DNA of 43,226 nt, taken from NCBI GenBank assembly GCA_011389835.1, contig JAABTO010000009.1, positions 1-43,226 of the forward strand, in the 5' to 3' direction. The notes beneath the pieces are model-generated. The model had not been told where the DNA came from and ran no database searches. It saw nothing but the letters and a program-made list of their open reading frames with translations. This DNA comes from Desulfotignum sp. (GTDB lineage: Bacteria > Desulfobacterota > Desulfobacteria > Desulfobacterales > Desulfobacteraceae). Below are positions 8,658 through 19,696 of the stretch, piece after piece. Every line of letters starts with the position of its first letter. Position 1 is the stretch's first letter. The position numbers were made by a program, and so were the translations under genes.

Positions 8658-9614
8658 ATGTATTATTTCAATCAAACGGCCATTGACCGCGTGCCGCTGG
8701 AAATTATTCAAAAAGCGGTGGCACAGGCGTATCGTTTGCAGCAAACAGATGCCTGCCATATGCCGGACCGGATTCATGTGTGTGACCAAAAGAACACGTT
8801 GCTGCTGATGCCGTGCTTCAGTGACGCATTTGTGGCCACCAAGCTGGTGACCGTGTTCCCTGAAGCCCCTGAATCCGGCCTTCCGGTGGTGAACGGCATG
8901 GTGATTCTGGCTGACAACCATACCGGGCAACCGTTGGCCATTCTGGACGGGGCCGCATTGACGGCCCGGCGGACCGGGGCCGTGGGAGGACTGGCCGTCG
9001 CCTGTCTGACCCCGGAATCGGTAAAAACGGCCGGAATTATCGGCACAGGGGTCCAGGGCCGCAGTCAGGCGGATTTTCTCCTGTTCAACCGACAAATCAA
9101 GACCCTGTGGCTGGCTGACTTGAACCTGGCTGCCGCTCAAAAAATGGCCCGGGATATCGAGCGCGCCCATCCGGATGTGACCTGCCGGATCGCGGAATCC
9201 GCCCGGCATCTGGTGACGGATTCCCAGGTGGTCATTGCCGCCACCACCAGTTGTGACCCTGTGTTTGAGGCGGATGTATCCGAGATCAGGGAAAAGACAT
9301 TTATCTCCATCGGGTCATTTACCCCACAGATGAAAGAGTTTCCGGATGCGGTGATCCAGGGTGCGGATGCCGTGTATGTGGACACCATGTTAGCGATAGA
9401 AGAATCCGGGGACATCTGCCGGCCCCTGGCGGACCAGGTCGTGCCCAAAGACAGGATCCAGGCCTTTTCATCCGTGATCGAGCGATGCGTGGATACAGAA
9501 AAACGCACGTTTTTCTTCAAATCCGTGGGCATGGCCCTGTTTGATCTGACAGTAGCGGCAGCAGTATATGAATGGGGAATTTCGGAAAACCAGGGTCAGT
9601 TGCTCAAAGCGTGA
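8658..9614 (+). CDS. Ornithine cyclodeaminase/mu-crystallin family protein
   Basis: KLVTVFP, LTARRTGAVG, IIGTGVQG, ESGDI, FKSVGMALFDL. Confidence 0.9.
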   Translation: MYYFNQTAIDRVPLEIIQKAVAQAYRLQQTDACHMPDRIHVCDQKNTLLLMPCFSDAFVATKLVTVFPEAPESGLPVVNGMVILADNHTGQPLAILDGAALTARRTGAVGGLAVACLTPESVKTAGIIGTGVQGRSQADFLLFNRQIKTLWLADLNLAAAQKMARDIERAHPDVTCRIAESARHLVTDSQVVIAATTSCDPVFEADVSEIREKTFISIGSFTPQMKEFPDAVIQGADAVYVDTMLAIEESGDICRPLADQVVPKDRIQAFSSVIERCVDTEKRTFFFKSVGMALFDLTVAAAVYEWGISENQGQLLKA

Positions 9615-9635
9615 TGGGATGATACAAGGGACGTG

Positions 9636-9710
9636 TGGAGCGGGAAACGGGATTTGAACCCGCGACTTCGACCTTGGCAAGGTCGCACTCTACCACTGAG
9701 TTATTCCCGC
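9636..9710 (-). tRNA. tRNA-Gly(GCC)
   Basis: GCGGGAATAACTCAGTGGTAGAGTGCGACCTTGCCAAGGTCGAAGTCGCGGGTTCAAATCCCGTTTCCCGCTCCA; cloverleaf with encoded CCA. Confidence 0.98.
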
Positions 9711-9728
9711 TCAGCAAAAAACGGGTCT

Positions 9729-9757
9729 TTTCTACTTTAAAACACAGACATTGTCAA
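9729..9757 (-). promoter_or_regulatory. Putative sigma70 promoter of tRNA-Gly
   Basis: TTGACA-N17-TAGAAA just upstream of the tRNA. Confidence 0.6.
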
Positions 9758-9808
9758 GTGGATTGTTGAAAAATCGATTACGGACAAACAGATGCTGACA
9801 GGTGGACA

Positions 9809-10798
9809 ATGGAACAGGTTCTGGTAACCGGCGGCGGGGGGTTTCTGGGCAAGGCCCTGGTAAAAAAACTGATGGAACGCGATTATGCGGTGACATCGTT
9901 TTCCCGGCATCATCACAAAACCCTGGCACAGATGGGCGTGCCTCAGATTTCAGGGGATCTGACGGATGCAGCGGCGGTCAAGCAGGCAGTCGAGGGCATG
10001 CAGACCGTGTTTCACGTGGCAGCCAAACCAGGGGTCTGGGGGCCCTATGAGACCTATCATGCCGTAAACGTGACCGGCACCGAACACGTGATTGCCGCCT
10101 GCCTGGCCCAAGGGGTGAAGCGCCTGATTTACAGCAGTTCTCCCAGTGTGGTATTTGATGGATCCGACATGGAAAACGCGGATGAATCGATTCCTTATCC
10201 GAAATCCTATCTGGCGCCTTATCCCGAGACCAAGGCAGCTGCAGAAAAACTTGTGCGACAAGCCGGACAACAGGGCCTGGATGTCATCATTCTCCGGCCC
10301 CACCTGATCTGGGGCCCGGCGGACAACCATCTGTTGCCGGGCATTTTGAAACGGGCGAAACGTTTAAGAATTGTGGGCCGCACCGACGACCGGATGGACA
10401 CCATTTATGTGGACAACGCCGCCCTGGCCCATGTACTGGCAGCCCAAAAACTGAAAGAAAATTCCTCCTTGTCCGGTAATATCTATTTTATCAGCCAGGA
10501 TGACCCGGTGTCCAAATGGGAAATGGTCAATGCGTTTCTGGACGCAGCCGGACTCCCGCCCGTCAGGCGTCGGGTTTCCGCCCGGACCGCATATGCCGCC
10601 GGGTGGTGCTTTGAAAAGATCTACCACCTGCTGGGCATCAACAGCGAGCCCCCCATGACCCGGTTTGTGGCAAAGGAACTGGCTACGTCCCACTGGTTTG
10701 ATATTACCCGGGCCAAGAACGATCTGGGATATGTCCCGGAAATATCTACTCAGGAAGGGTTGCGCCGGCTTAAGGAGTGGCTTTCCCGAAACCGTTGA
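9809..10798 (+). CDS. Extended SDR, 3-beta-HSD/OleD-like reductase
   Basis: TGGGGFLG, FHVAAKPGVWG, SSPSVVF, YPETK, LRPHLIWGP, DLGYVP. Confidence 0.85.
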   Translation: MEQVLVTGGGGFLGKALVKKLMERDYAVTSFSRHHHKTLAQMGVPQISGDLTDAAAVKQAVEGMQTVFHVAAKPGVWGPYETYHAVNVTGTEHVIAACLAQGVKRLIYSSSPSVVFDGSDMENADESIPYPKSYLAPYPETKAAAEKLVRQAGQQGLDVIILRPHLIWGPADNHLLPGILKRAKRLRIVGRTDDRMDTIYVDNAALAHVLAAQKLKENSSLSGNIYFISQDDPVSKWEMVNAFLDAAGLPPVRRRVSARTAYAAGWCFEKIYHLLGINSEPPMTRFVAKELATSHWFDITRAKNDLGYVPEISTQEGLRRLKEWLSRNR

Positions 10799-11306
10799 CA
10801 AACACCTGGTTATAAGCCAGGGATTGTTTGGAATGGCCGGATTTGGCTTCATCCGGATATCCGACGGCAATAATGGACGCCACGGACAGGGCTTCGGGGA
10901 TATCGAGAAGCTCTTTGATGTAGACATCCGCAGTTTTTTCCGGTGAATGCGCCCGTTTCCGGATCTGGATCCAGCAGGATCCTAAACCCAGGTCATGGGC
11001 TGCCAGGTGAACAAAGGTGGATGCGATGGCACAATCTTCCACCCACACATCACTGGCTGTGGGATCCCCGCACACCACAATGCCCAGGGCCGCGTTTTTC
11101 AGAAATGCGGCGCCGTGGGGTTTGGCATCGGCCAGTTGTTCCAGCAGGGCCGGGTCATCCACCACGATAAACCGCCAGGGTCTGAAATCCCTTGAAGAAG
11201 GGGCTCTTAAAGCCGCCTCGGTCAGGCGGTCTGTTTTTTCCTTTTCCACCGGGCGGGAGCTGAACTTTCGAATGCTCCGGCGGGTTTCAATCAGTTCGAA
11301 AAACAT
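10770..11306 (-). CDS. Nitroreductase family protein
   Basis: RRSIRKF, APSS...PWRF, LGLGSCWI, VGYP; start placed at 11306 after AAGGAGA; overlaps the convergent SDR gene by 29 nt. Confidence 0.9.
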   Translation of the reverse strand: MFFELIETRRSIRKFSSRPVEKEKTDRLTEAALRAPSSRDFRPWRFIVVDDPALLEQLADAKPHGAAFLKNAALGIVVCGDPTASDVWVEDCAIASTFVHLAAHDLGLGSCWIQIRKRAHSPEKTADVYIKELLDIPEALSVASIIAVGYPDEAKSGHSKQSLAYNQVFVNGFGKATP

Positions 11307-11347
11307 GACGTCTCCTTTATTTTTTATTGTGCCCGTCCGGATGGGTC

Positions 11348-11743
11348 TCAATGATACCGGGTGATATTGATACTGCCGTTTGCCTGCATCTCATCGAATT
11401 TTTTTCTCAGAAACCGTTTAAACCGGTTCCGGGTCACCGGCCAGAGCATCAACAGTCCCGCGACATCCGTGATCAGACCCGGGGTGATCAACACCAGCCC
11501 GGCAATGAGAATAATCAGACCGTCCAGCAGGTCTTCGGCCGGCATAATTCCCTGCTGCAGGTTCATCCGCACCTTGAGCATGGTATACATGCCCTGCATC
11601 CTGGCCAGCCAGGCACCGGCAAATCCGGTAAGGATCACCAGTAAAATCGTATTGAAACCACCAATCACCGTGCCCAGTTTGATGAGCAGGTACAATTCCA
11701 CAATGGGAATCAGGGTGAAACACAAAAAAAGTTTGAGCAGCAT
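11348..11743 (-). CDS. fxsA: FxsA family membrane protein
   Basis: IPIVELYLLI, LARMQG, LITPGLITDVAG; GGAGG RBS. Confidence 0.9.
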   Translation of the reverse strand: MLLKLFLCFTLIPIVELYLLIKLGTVIGGFNTILLVILTGFAGAWLARMQGMYTMLKVRMNLQQGIMPAEDLLDGLIILIAGLVLITPGLITDVAGLLMLWPVTRNRFKRFLRKKFDEMQANGSINITRYH

Positions 11744-11817
11744 GAGGCTTCCTCCAAAATAAATATATACTTCAGACTATTGGATTGAATCCGGATTTGT
11801 CAAGGCAGTCATATCTG

Positions 11818-12516
11818 TCACATGACTCGAATGGATGGCCGTTCCCAGACCCCGGAAACAGGCTGCCGGATAATGGAACGGCCTAAAAGATCCAGAAACC
11901 GGTTCCTGGGAATTTCAACCGCGCCCATTCGGCACAGATGATCCGTGGTTACCTGACAGTCGATGAAATCAAACCCGTGGGTATATAGATGACGGGCCAG
12001 CGCCACCAAAGCAGCCTTGGACGCATCCGATTCAAGGCTGAACATGGATTCCCCGAAAAACACGCACCCCATTGCCACGCCGTACAATCCTCCCACCAGG
12101 CGGTCCTGGTGCCAGGCCTCCACGGAATGGGCGTGTCCCTGATAGTGCAGTTCAATATAGGCATCTTTCATCTCTTCCACCAGCCACGTGCCTTCGTTTG
12201 GATCTTTTCTGGGCTGCGAACAGGCGGATATCGTCTGCTCAAACGCCTGACTGATGGTAATGCGGAACCGGTTTTTCTTCAATGTCTTTCTCAGGCTTTT
12301 CGAAATCCGGATCTCGGACGGATACAGCACCAGCCGGGGATCCGGAGACCACCACAAAATGGGCTCATTGTCTGAAAACCAGGGAAAAATGCCGTTCTGA
12401 TAGGCCAGCAGAATCCGTTCACAGGAAAGGTCCCCGCCGATGCACAGCAGCCCGTCGGACCGGGCCAGCCATGCCGGCGGGAACTCCAGGCGGGAAGACA
12501 GTCGAAACAGGGGCAT
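11818..12516 (-). CDS. aat: Leucyl/phenylalanyl-tRNA-protein transferase
   Basis: GGDL...AY..GIFPW, WWSPDPR, AHSVE, FFGESMFS, DCQ. Confidence 0.96.
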   Translation of the reverse strand: MPLFRLSSRLEFPPAWLARSDGLLCIGGDLSCERILLAYQNGIFPWFSDNEPILWWSPDPRLVLYPSEIRISKSLRKTLKKNRFRITISQAFEQTISACSQPRKDPNEGTWLVEEMKDAYIELHYQGHAHSVEAWHQDRLVGGLYGVAMGCVFFGESMFSLESDASKAALVALARHLYTHGFDFIDCQVTTDHLCRMGAVEIPRNRFLDLLGRSIIRQPVSGVWERPSIRVM

Positions 12517-14775
12517 TCAGCTTTTGAACTGGAATGTCAGTTGATCGTTTTTCAGTTTGATAACAATTCTGCCGCCTTTGGCCAGTTTGCCGAACAGGAT
12601 TTCATCGGTGAGCCGGTCCTTGATCCGGGTCTGGATCAGCCGGGCCAACGGCCGTGCCCCGAATTTGGGATCATATCCTTCTTTGGCCAGGTACGTTCTG
12701 ACCTCTGGGGAGTAACTTAAGGCGATCTGCCGGGTTTTGAGCATGCGCTTGAGTTCATCCATGTCCTTGTCCACAATTTTTTCCATGATGGTGGTGGACA
12801 GATGGTTGAACTGGACAATCCCGTCCAGACGGTTACGGAATTCCGGGCTGAAGGTCTGTTCCACAGCCTTGAGCCCCCGGGTGTCGCCGGTGACCTGCTG
12901 GGCGCCGAAACCGATGCTGTTGGCACTCATCTCCCTGGCCCCGGCATTGGAGGTCATGATAATGACCACGTTGCGGAAATCCGCGGCTTTGCCGTTGTTG
13001 TCGGTGAGCGTGGCATAATCCATCACCTGAAGAAGGATATTGTACAGATCCATGTGGGCTTTTTCGATTTCATCTAAAAGCAGGACACAATGGGGGTGTT
13101 TGCGGATGTTGTCCGTAAGTATGCCTCCCTGGTCAAATCCCACATAACCGGGCGGGGCACCAATCAGCCGTGACACGGCATGTTTTTCCATGTACTCGCT
13201 CATGTCAAAGCGTAAAAATTCAATGCCCATACTGGCAGCCAGTTGTTTGGCCACTTCGGTCTTGCCCACACCGGTGGGACCGGTGAACAGAAAAGAGCCC
13301 ACCGGACGGTCCGGCGCTGCCAGCCCGGCCCGGGACCGCTTGATGGCGGTGGTCAGGGTCTGAATGGCATTGTCCTGTCCAAAAATCACATGGCCAAGCC
13401 GCTCGGGCAATGATTCCAGATTGGCCTTGTCCGTTGACGTCACCGATGTCACAGGCACCTTGGCGATTTTGGCCACAATGGTCTCAACGTCCTTGGGCGT
13501 GACGTTCTTACGGTTGGCCGCCCCTTTGAGACGCAGGTATGCACCGGCCTCATCAATGACATCTATGGCCTTGTCGGGCAAAAACCGGTCGTTGATATAT
13601 TTGTCTGACAGGTAAGCGGCTGCTTCCAGTGTCTGATCGGAATAATTCATGCCATGGTGCTTTTCGTAATAGGGGCGCAATCCCGTAAGGATCATACGGG
13701 TGTCTTCCACACTGGGCTCGGTCACCTCGATTTTTTCAAACCGTCTCGAAAACGCCCGATCCTTTTCAAAGTGGTTTTTGTATTCCTCGTAGGTGGTGGT
13801 GCCGATACATTTGATATCCCCGGAAGACAGGGCCGGTTTCAGGATATTGGACGCATCCATGGAACCGGAACTGGTGGCGCCGGCCCCGACCACGGTATGG
13901 ATCTCGTCGATGACCAGCAATGCGTTTTCCCTTTCTTCCAGGGCTGTGATCACATCCTTGAGCCGCTGCTCAAAATCACCTCTGTATTTGGTGCCGGCCA
14001 GAAGTGCCCCCATGTCCAGGGAAAACAGTTCACTGTTTTCGAGCAGGGCCGGCACTTGCTTCTGGTGGATTTTCAAGGCCAGGCCTTCAGCAATAGCGGT
14101 TTTTCCCACACCCGGGTCACCCACCAGGATGGGATTGTTTTTCCGGCGGCGGCACAGCACCTGCATCAACCGGTCCAGTTCGGTTTCCCGGCCGATGAGC
14201 GGATCGATCCGGTTGGTTGCCGCTTTTGCCAGCAGATTGCTGGTAAACAGTTCCAACGGGTCTTTCTTTTTCTGCCGCTGGGTTCTCCGATCATCCATCT
14301 TGAACATTTTCTGGGCCGGATCCGGACCGGGTTTGGATTTTTTTTCTCCGGCCGCGGCATGGGAGATATGCCGCAGCACATCCAGGCGGGTAATGCCTTC
14401 CGATTCCAGATAAAACGCGGCATGGGAGTCTTTTTCCTGAAAAATGGACGCCAGGATATCCCCGAGGTTGACCTCGCTTTTTTCCGCAGATCTGGCATGG
14501 TTGATGGCCCGCTGAATCATGCGCTGGAAACCGATGGTCTGCTGGAGGACATACTCTTCCTGGGTATCAATTTTGGTGAGTTTTTCATCAAAGAATTTTT
14601 CCAGTTCCTGTTTGATCTGCCCAGGATTTCCTCCGCATTTCTGTATGGTTTCAGAACCGGATTCATGGTTCAGGATCGCGTAAAGAACATGCTCTACACA
14701 GACATATTCATGCCGTCTTTTTTTGGCTTCCCTTACGGCAAACCCGAGGGCAGTGCTCAGTTCTTTGCTAATCAT
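12517..14775 (-). CDS. clpA: ATP-dependent Clp protease ATP-binding subunit ClpA
   Basis: Two AAA modules (GDPGVGKT, GPTGVGKT), DMSEYMEKH, IGF loop, no M-domain; follows clpS. Confidence 0.96.
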   Translation of the reverse strand: MISKELSTALGFAVREAKKRRHEYVCVEHVLYAILNHESGSETIQKCGGNPGQIKQELEKFFDEKLTKIDTQEEYVLQQTIGFQRMIQRAINHARSAEKSEVNLGDILASIFQEKDSHAAFYLESEGITRLDVLRHISHAAAGEKKSKPGPDPAQKMFKMDDRRTQRQKKKDPLELFTSNLLAKAATNRIDPLIGRETELDRLMQVLCRRRKNNPILVGDPGVGKTAIAEGLALKIHQKQVPALLENSELFSLDMGALLAGTKYRGDFEQRLKDVITALEERENALLVIDEIHTVVGAGATSSGSMDASNILKPALSSGDIKCIGTTTYEEYKNHFEKDRAFSRRFEKIEVTEPSVEDTRMILTGLRPYYEKHHGMNYSDQTLEAAAYLSDKYINDRFLPDKAIDVIDEAGAYLRLKGAANRKNVTPKDVETIVAKIAKVPVTSVTSTDKANLESLPERLGHVIFGQDNAIQTLTTAIKRSRAGLAAPDRPVGSFLFTGPTGVGKTEVAKQLAASMGIEFLRFDMSEYMEKHAVSRLIGAPPGYVGFDQGGILTDNIRKHPHCVLLLDEIEKAHMDLYNILLQVMDYATLTDNNGKAADFRNVVIIMTSNAGAREMSANSIGFGAQQVTGDTRGLKAVEQTFSPEFRNRLDGIVQFNHLSTTIMEKIVDKDMDELKRMLKTRQIALSYSPEVRTYLAKEGYDPKFGARPLARLIQTRIKDRLTDEILFGKLAKGGRIVIKLKNDQLTFQFKS

Positions 14776-14782
14776 ACTTGTG

Positions 14783-15091
14783 TTACTCCTTTTCCATGGT
14801 ACTTTTTAAAGGAAATCCCCGGCCGGCAGCCAGGTGATGCACCGTCTCAACTTTGGTTTCCGCGATTTCTCTGGAATAGATGCCACACACGGCTTTTCCC
14901 TTATTATGTATATTAAGCATAGTTTGTGTTGCTTTTTCAAGTGGTTTTCCAAAAACCGTCATCAGAATTTCCACCACAAACTCCATGGTGGTGTAATCGT
15001 CATTATGAAGAATGACCTTGTATAACGGCGGCACCTCTTTCCGGGTTTTCGAGGAGATGTCCGCCCGGGTTTGTGAATCAGTGATCCCCAT
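14783..15091 (-). CDS. clpS: Clp protease adaptor ClpS
   Basis: YKVILHNDDYTTMEFVV, ML.IH..G, AETKV, FPL. Confidence 0.96.
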   Translation of the reverse strand: MGITDSQTRADISSKTRKEVPPLYKVILHNDDYTTMEFVVEILMTVFGKPLEKATQTMLNIHNKGKAVCGIYSREIAETKVETVHHLAAGRGFPLKSTMEKE

Positions 15092-15100
15092 GGCCGTGCC

Positions 15101-17623
15101 TCAGTTCATACAGCATTTTTTGTATTTCTTTCCGCTGCCGCAGGGACAGGGATCATTGCGTTTTACCTTTTGACTCGTCCGTTTCACCGGTTTTTTGGCC
15201 GTGTCCTGGGATGCATGGGAAAAGGTCAGTTCCTGTTGAGATTTGGGCTGAAGCTCTTCAGCCGGCACCGCCGCCGTGATCTGGATTTTGAACAGAATGT
15301 CCACAATTTCATCCTTGATCCGGGCCATAAGCCCCTGGAACATCTCAAACCCTTCTTTTTTGTAAATCCGCAGCGGGTCCTGCTGGGCATAGCCCCTCAA
15401 TCCGATTCCTTCCTTGAGATGATCCATGGACAGCAGGTGTTCCTTCCACCTGGTGTCCACTGTCTGAAGCACCACAAACCGCTCCAGGGAACGGGCCTGG
15501 TCTGACCCGATCATTGCTTCTTTGGTGTCATAAAAATCTTTTGCCTTTTCAAACACATGGTCCGCCAGATCATCCGGGGTCGCGTGGGGCAGGGTGCCGG
15601 CGGTCAAATCCAGATCAAAATTGAATACCTGTTTGATCTCTTTTTGCAGGCCTTCCAGATCCCATTCCTTGACCGGGGCCTTGTCAGAGACAAACCCGTT
15701 CACCACCTCCCAGGCTTTGTCCGCCACCATGCCCATGACCACGGAATTGAGATCCTTTTCCATCAACGCCTGCCGCCGCTGCCGGTAGATGACTTCCCGC
15801 TGCTGGTTCATGACATCATCAAATTCCAGCAGGTGCTTTCTGATTTCAAAGTTGTGGCCTTCCACCTTGGACTGGGCATTTTCAATGGCCCGGGAGATAA
15901 AGGAATGTTCAATGTGCTCTCCCTCTTCGATGCCCAGCTTGTCCATGACCTTGTGAATGCGGTCCCCCCCGAAAATCCGGAGCAGATCGTCTTCCAAAGA
16001 CAGATAGAACCGGGAGGAACCCGGGTCTCCCTGCCGCCCGGCCCGGCCCCGCAACTGGTTGTCGATGCGCCGGGAATCATGGCGGGACGTGCCCAGAATA
16101 TGCAGGCCTCCCAGTTCCACGACCCCTTCGCCGAGCTTGATGTCGGTTCCCCGGCCGGCCATGTTGGTGGAAATGGTCACGACACCTTTCTGGCCGGCAT
16201 TGGCGATGATTTCAGCTTCGGCCTTGTGATGCTTGGCGTTCAACACATTGTGGGGAATTCCTTTTTTCTTCAGGGTCCTGCTTAAATCTTCGGACACATC
16301 AATGGAAATGGTACCCACCAGCACAGGCTGTCCTTTTTTGTGCAATTCTATGATTTCTTTGATGGCGGCATCATATTTTTCTTTTCTGGTTTTATAAATC
16401 AGATCCGGAAAATCTGTTCGAATCATGGGTTTGTGCGTGGGAATCACCAAAACGTCCAGATCATATATTTTCTTGAATTCCGGTGCTTCGGTTTCCGCGG
16501 TCCCGGTCATGCCCGACAGTTTATCATACATTCTGAAATAGTTCTGAAACGTGATGGAGGCCAGGGTCTGGTTTTCGTTCTCAATTTTCACGCCCTCCTT
16601 GGCTTCTAAGGCCTGGTGAAGACCCTCGCTGTAACGCCGCCCGGACATGAGCCGTCCGGTAAATTCATCCACGATCACCACCTGATTGTTCTTGACAATA
16701 TAGTCGGTGTCTCTTTTGAACAGGGTATGGGCCTTGAGCGCCTGATTCAAATGATGCAGAATTTCTATGTTGGCCGGATCATACAGATTGTCCACATTCA
16801 GCAGGTCTTCCCCTTTGGCGATCCCGGTTTCGGTCAAGGTGGCGGTTTTGGCTTCTTCGTCCAGGGTGTAATCCACCTCTTTTTTAAACGCGGGCAGAAT
16901 GGCATTCACCTGGGAGTAAAGATGGGTGGATTTTTCAGCCGGGCCGGAAATGATCAGCGGCGTTCTGGCCTCATCGATGAGAATGGAGTCCACCTCATCC
17001 ACAATGGCAAAATTGAGCTCTCCCTGGGCCAGGCTGTCCTTGTCGAATTTCATGTTGTCCCGCAGATAGTCGAATCCGAACTCGTTGTTGGTGCCGTAGG
17101 TGATATCCGCTGAATACGCCTGTTTGCGCTCCTGATCGGTCATGTCATGAAGAATGACACCGGTGCGCATCCCCAGAAACCGGTAGATTTTACCCATCCA
17201 TTCGGCATCCCGGTCCGCCAGATAGTCATTGACCGTGACGATGTGCACCCCTTTGCCGGACAGGGCGTTCAGATAGGCTGCAAGGGTGGACATCAGCGTT
17301 TTTCCTTCACCGGTCTTCATTTCCGCGATCATCCCCTGGTGCAGCGCAATCCCCCCGATAAGCTGGACATCGAAATGACGTAACTCCAGTGTGCGGACCG
17401 ACGCTTCCCTGACCAGGGCGAACGCTTCAGGCAGCAGATCTTCCAGCGATTCTCCGTTGGCCACCCGTTGTTTGTAACCCCGGGTCTTGCCGGCCATGTC
17501 CTCGTCCGACAGTTTTTTTATTTCCGGTTCCAGGTCGTTGATGCGCTGAACAACCGGATCCAGCTTTTTTAAAATCCGATCATTGCTGGATCCAAAAACC
17601 TTGGTAAAAAAATTGAGTATCAT
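15101..17623 (-). CDS. secA: Preprotein translocase subunit SecA
   Basis: [39 protein letters not shown]-terminal [17 protein letters not shown]. Confidence 0.98.
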   Translation of the reverse strand: MILNFFTKVFGSSNDRILKKLDPVVQRINDLEPEIKKLSDEDMAGKTRGYKQRVANGESLEDLLPEAFALVREASVRTLELRHFDVQLIGGIALHQGMIAEMKTGEGKTLMSTLAAYLNALSGKGVHIVTVNDYLADRDAEWMGKIYRFLGMRTGVILHDMTDQERKQAYSADITYGTNNEFGFDYLRDNMKFDKDSLAQGELNFAIVDEVDSILIDEARTPLIISGPAEKSTHLYSQVNAILPAFKKEVDYTLDEEAKTATLTETGIAKGEDLLNVDNLYDPANIEILHHLNQALKAHTLFKRDTDYIVKNNQVVIVDEFTGRLMSGRRYSEGLHQALEAKEGVKIENENQTLASITFQNYFRMYDKLSGMTGTAETEAPEFKKIYDLDVLVIPTHKPMIRTDFPDLIYKTRKEKYDAAIKEIIELHKKGQPVLVGTISIDVSEDLSRTLKKKGIPHNVLNAKHHKAEAEIIANAGQKGVVTISTNMAGRGTDIKLGEGVVELGGLHILGTSRHDSRRIDNQLRGRAGRQGDPGSSRFYLSLEDDLLRIFGGDRIHKVMDKLGIEEGEHIEHSFISRAIENAQSKVEGHNFEIRKHLLEFDDVMNQQREVIYRQRRQALMEKDLNSVVMGMVADKAWEVVNGFVSDKAPVKEWDLEGLQKEIKQVFNFDLDLTAGTLPHATPDDLADHVFEKAKDFYDTKEAMIGSDQARSLERFVVLQTVDTRWKEHLLSMDHLKEGIGLRGYAQQDPLRIYKKEGFEMFQGLMARIKDEIVDILFKIQITAAVPAEELQPKSQQELTFSHASQDTAKKPVKRTSQKVKRNDPCPCGSGKKYKKCCMN

Positions 17624-17725
17624 TTATGAGTGTACCTGCAAGTTAATGTGATTATTGTCATTGGGTGTCATGTAAACATATAATCATTCATTTGAAAAAT
17701 GAAATGGTAAATTGAAAAAACAGGA

Positions 17726-17786
17726 AAAACCAACGGCCGATCACCTGACTCTGTAAACAAAGACAAAAGATTCGGCCGGTGGTTTT
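17726..17786 (-). terminator. Inverted repeat downstream of the amino-acid ABC operon (terminator-like)
   Basis: AAAACCAACGGCCGA / TCGGCCGGTGGTTTT, 14 of 15 complementary, 31-nt spacer, T-rich on the minus-strand 3' side. Confidence 0.45.
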
Positions 17787-17799
17787 ACTGGGAGGATGG

Positions 17800-18564
17800 T
17801 CAATGAAGGATCTGACTTAAAAAGAATCGGGTTCTTTCGTGCTGCGGGTTTTCAAAAAAGTCGATGGGGTTGTTTTCCTCAAGAATCATGCCGTCATCCA
17901 TGAGCATGACCCGCTGGGCAACAGTCTTGGCAAATCCCATTTCATGGGACACCACGATCATGGTCATGCCTTCGTCCGACAGCTGCACCATGACATCGAG
18001 CACCTCTTTGACCATTTCCGGATCCAGGGCCGAGGTGGGTTCGTCAAACAGCATCACCTTGGGCTTCATGCACAGGCTTCTGGCAATGGCCACCCGCTGC
18101 TGCTGCCCCCCGGACAACTGGCCGGGGTATTTGCTGGCCTGTTCCGCGATCTTGACCTTTTCCAGGTAAAACATGGCGGTTTCTTCGGCCTCTTTCTTGG
18201 GGGTCTTGCGCACCCAGATAGGACCCAGGGTCAGGTTATCCAGGATGGTCAGGTGGGGAAACAGGTTGAAGTGTTGAAACACCATGCCCACTTCTGTTCT
18301 GATGATTTCAATGTTTTTCAGGTTGTTGGTCAGCTCGATGCCGTCCACGATGATCTGACCTTTCTGGTGCTCCTCCAGCCGGTTGATACAGCGGATCAAT
18401 GTGGATTTGCCTGATCCTGACGGTCCGCAGATAACAATTTTTTCCTGTTTTTTGACTTCCAGGTTGATGTTTTTGAGCACATGGAAATCACCAAACCATT
18501 TGTTGAGGTCTTTGACTTGAATGATAGGCTCGGCTGCTTCGGTCATGTCTGGGGTATCGGTCAT
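17800..18564 (-). CDS. aapP: Amino acid ABC transporter ATP-binding protein (AapP/BztD-like)
   Basis: [45 protein letters not shown]. Confidence 0.9.
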   Translation of the reverse strand: MTDTPDMTEAAEPIIQVKDLNKWFGDFHVLKNINLEVKKQEKIVICGPSGSGKSTLIRCINRLEEHQKGQIIVDGIELTNNLKNIEIIRTEVGMVFQHFNLFPHLTILDNLTLGPIWVRKTPKKEAEETAMFYLEKVKIAEQASKYPGQLSGGQQQRVAIARSLCMKPKVMLFDEPTSALDPEMVKEVLDVMVQLSDEGMTMIVVSHEMGFAKTVAQRVMLMDDGMILEENNPIDFFENPQHERTRFFLSQILH

Positions 18565-18587
18565 TTCTGTTTCCTAAACTGTGTCTG

Positions 18588-19691
18588 TTAACTGCGTTGG
18601 TCTGTATCCAGTTCCCGTTCCAGTTTTCTGGAAAAATTGGACATGGAAAAGCACCCCAGAAAATACATCAGGGCCACAAACAAATACATCTCCGTGGAAA
18701 ATCCCATCCATTCCGGGTTCTGGATCACGGTTTTTGAGGTGAGCAGAAAATCATACAAAGCAATGATCACCACAAGAGAGGTGTCTTTAAAAGCGGACAC
18801 CAGCACGCTCAAAGTCGGGGGAATCACGATTTTCAGGGCCTGGGGAAGAATAACCAGCCGCATGGTCTGGTAATAATTGAGTCCCAGTGCTTCTGCTGCC
18901 TCGTATTGGCCCCTGGCCATGCCCTGGAGACCGCCGCGCACCACTTCCGCCACATAGGCGGCCGTAAACAGGATAATGGCTGCCTGGGCCCGCAGGATTT
19001 TGTTGATGGTCACCCCTTCGGGCAGAAACAAGGGAAAAATGATGGAGGACATGAACAAAAGGCTGATAAGCGGCACCCCCCGGATCAGTTCAATATACCC
19101 GATGGACAGATACCGCATCATGGGCAGGTTGGAATCCCTTCCCAGGGCCAGCAACACCCCTAAAGGATAGGCAGCCGTGAGCCCGAAAACAGACAAAAGC
19201 AGGGTCAGGGGCAGTCCCCCCCATTTCATGCTGTCAACCGGTGTAAGCCCCAGGATGCCGCCTTTCATCAGAACACCCATGAGTACCAGGCCGATGATCC
19301 AGGCATATCCCAGTTTTTTGGACCAGTACCGCTTGTTGTTGGAGAAAAACAAAAGGACAAACAGCAGCATGATGGCGGTAAAAGGCCGCCAGTGAAGATC
19401 ATGGGGATAAAACCCGAAAAAAACGAACCGCAGGTTTTTCAATACCACTGACCAGCAGGCCCCGGGACATTCCTTGCAGGTTGCACTGTCAGTGAGCCAC
19501 ACTGAGTCGATAAAGGCCCATTTTAAAAACGGGGGCAAAAATTTGAGCAGAAATGCCAGCACAACCAGGGTTAATATGGAATTGAAAACACCGTTAAAAA
19601 GGTTTTCCTTAAGCCACCCCGGAATGCCCCGGTGCACCACCGGTGGCTTCATTCGGTCAATGGCTTCTTTGTCAATGGCAACAATACCCAT
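18588..19691 (-). CDS. aapM: Amino acid ABC transporter permease (AapM/BztC-like)
   Basis: GACW, WGGLPLTL, RGVPLI, AEVVRGGLQ...GQYEAA, LPQAL, FKDTSL. Confidence 0.88.
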   Translation of the reverse strand: MGIVAIDKEAIDRMKPPVVHRGIPGWLKENLFNGVFNSILTLVVLAFLLKFLPPFLKWAFIDSVWLTDSATCKECPGACWSVVLKNLRFVFFGFYPHDLHWRPFTAIMLLFVLLFFSNNKRYWSKKLGYAWIIGLVLMGVLMKGGILGLTPVDSMKWGGLPLTLLLSVFGLTAAYPLGVLLALGRDSNLPMMRYLSIGYIELIRGVPLISLLFMSSIIFPLFLPEGVTINKILRAQAAIILFTAAYVAEVVRGGLQGMARGQYEAAEALGLNYYQTMRLVILPQALKIVIPPTLSVLVSAFKDTSLVVIIALYDFLLTSKTVIQNPEWMGFSTEMYLFVALMYFLGCFSMSNFSRKLERELDTDQRS

Positions 19692-19696
19692 GGCAG

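Noticed and set aside
9615-9710. tRNA-Gly or selC as an island integration site
   Set aside because: No integrase, no duplicated tRNA 3' end and no compositional shift was seen.
10770-10798. 29-nt convergent overlap of the SDR and nitroreductase genes
   Set aside because: Short tail-to-tail overlaps are common and need no special explanation.
13654-14916. Long antisense ORFs, e.g. 420 aa here, 382 aa at 33574-34722, 306 aa at 4594-5514 and 285 aa at 36039-36896
   Set aside because: They lie opposite well-supported genes, show no motifs, and are expected from codon bias at this GC content.
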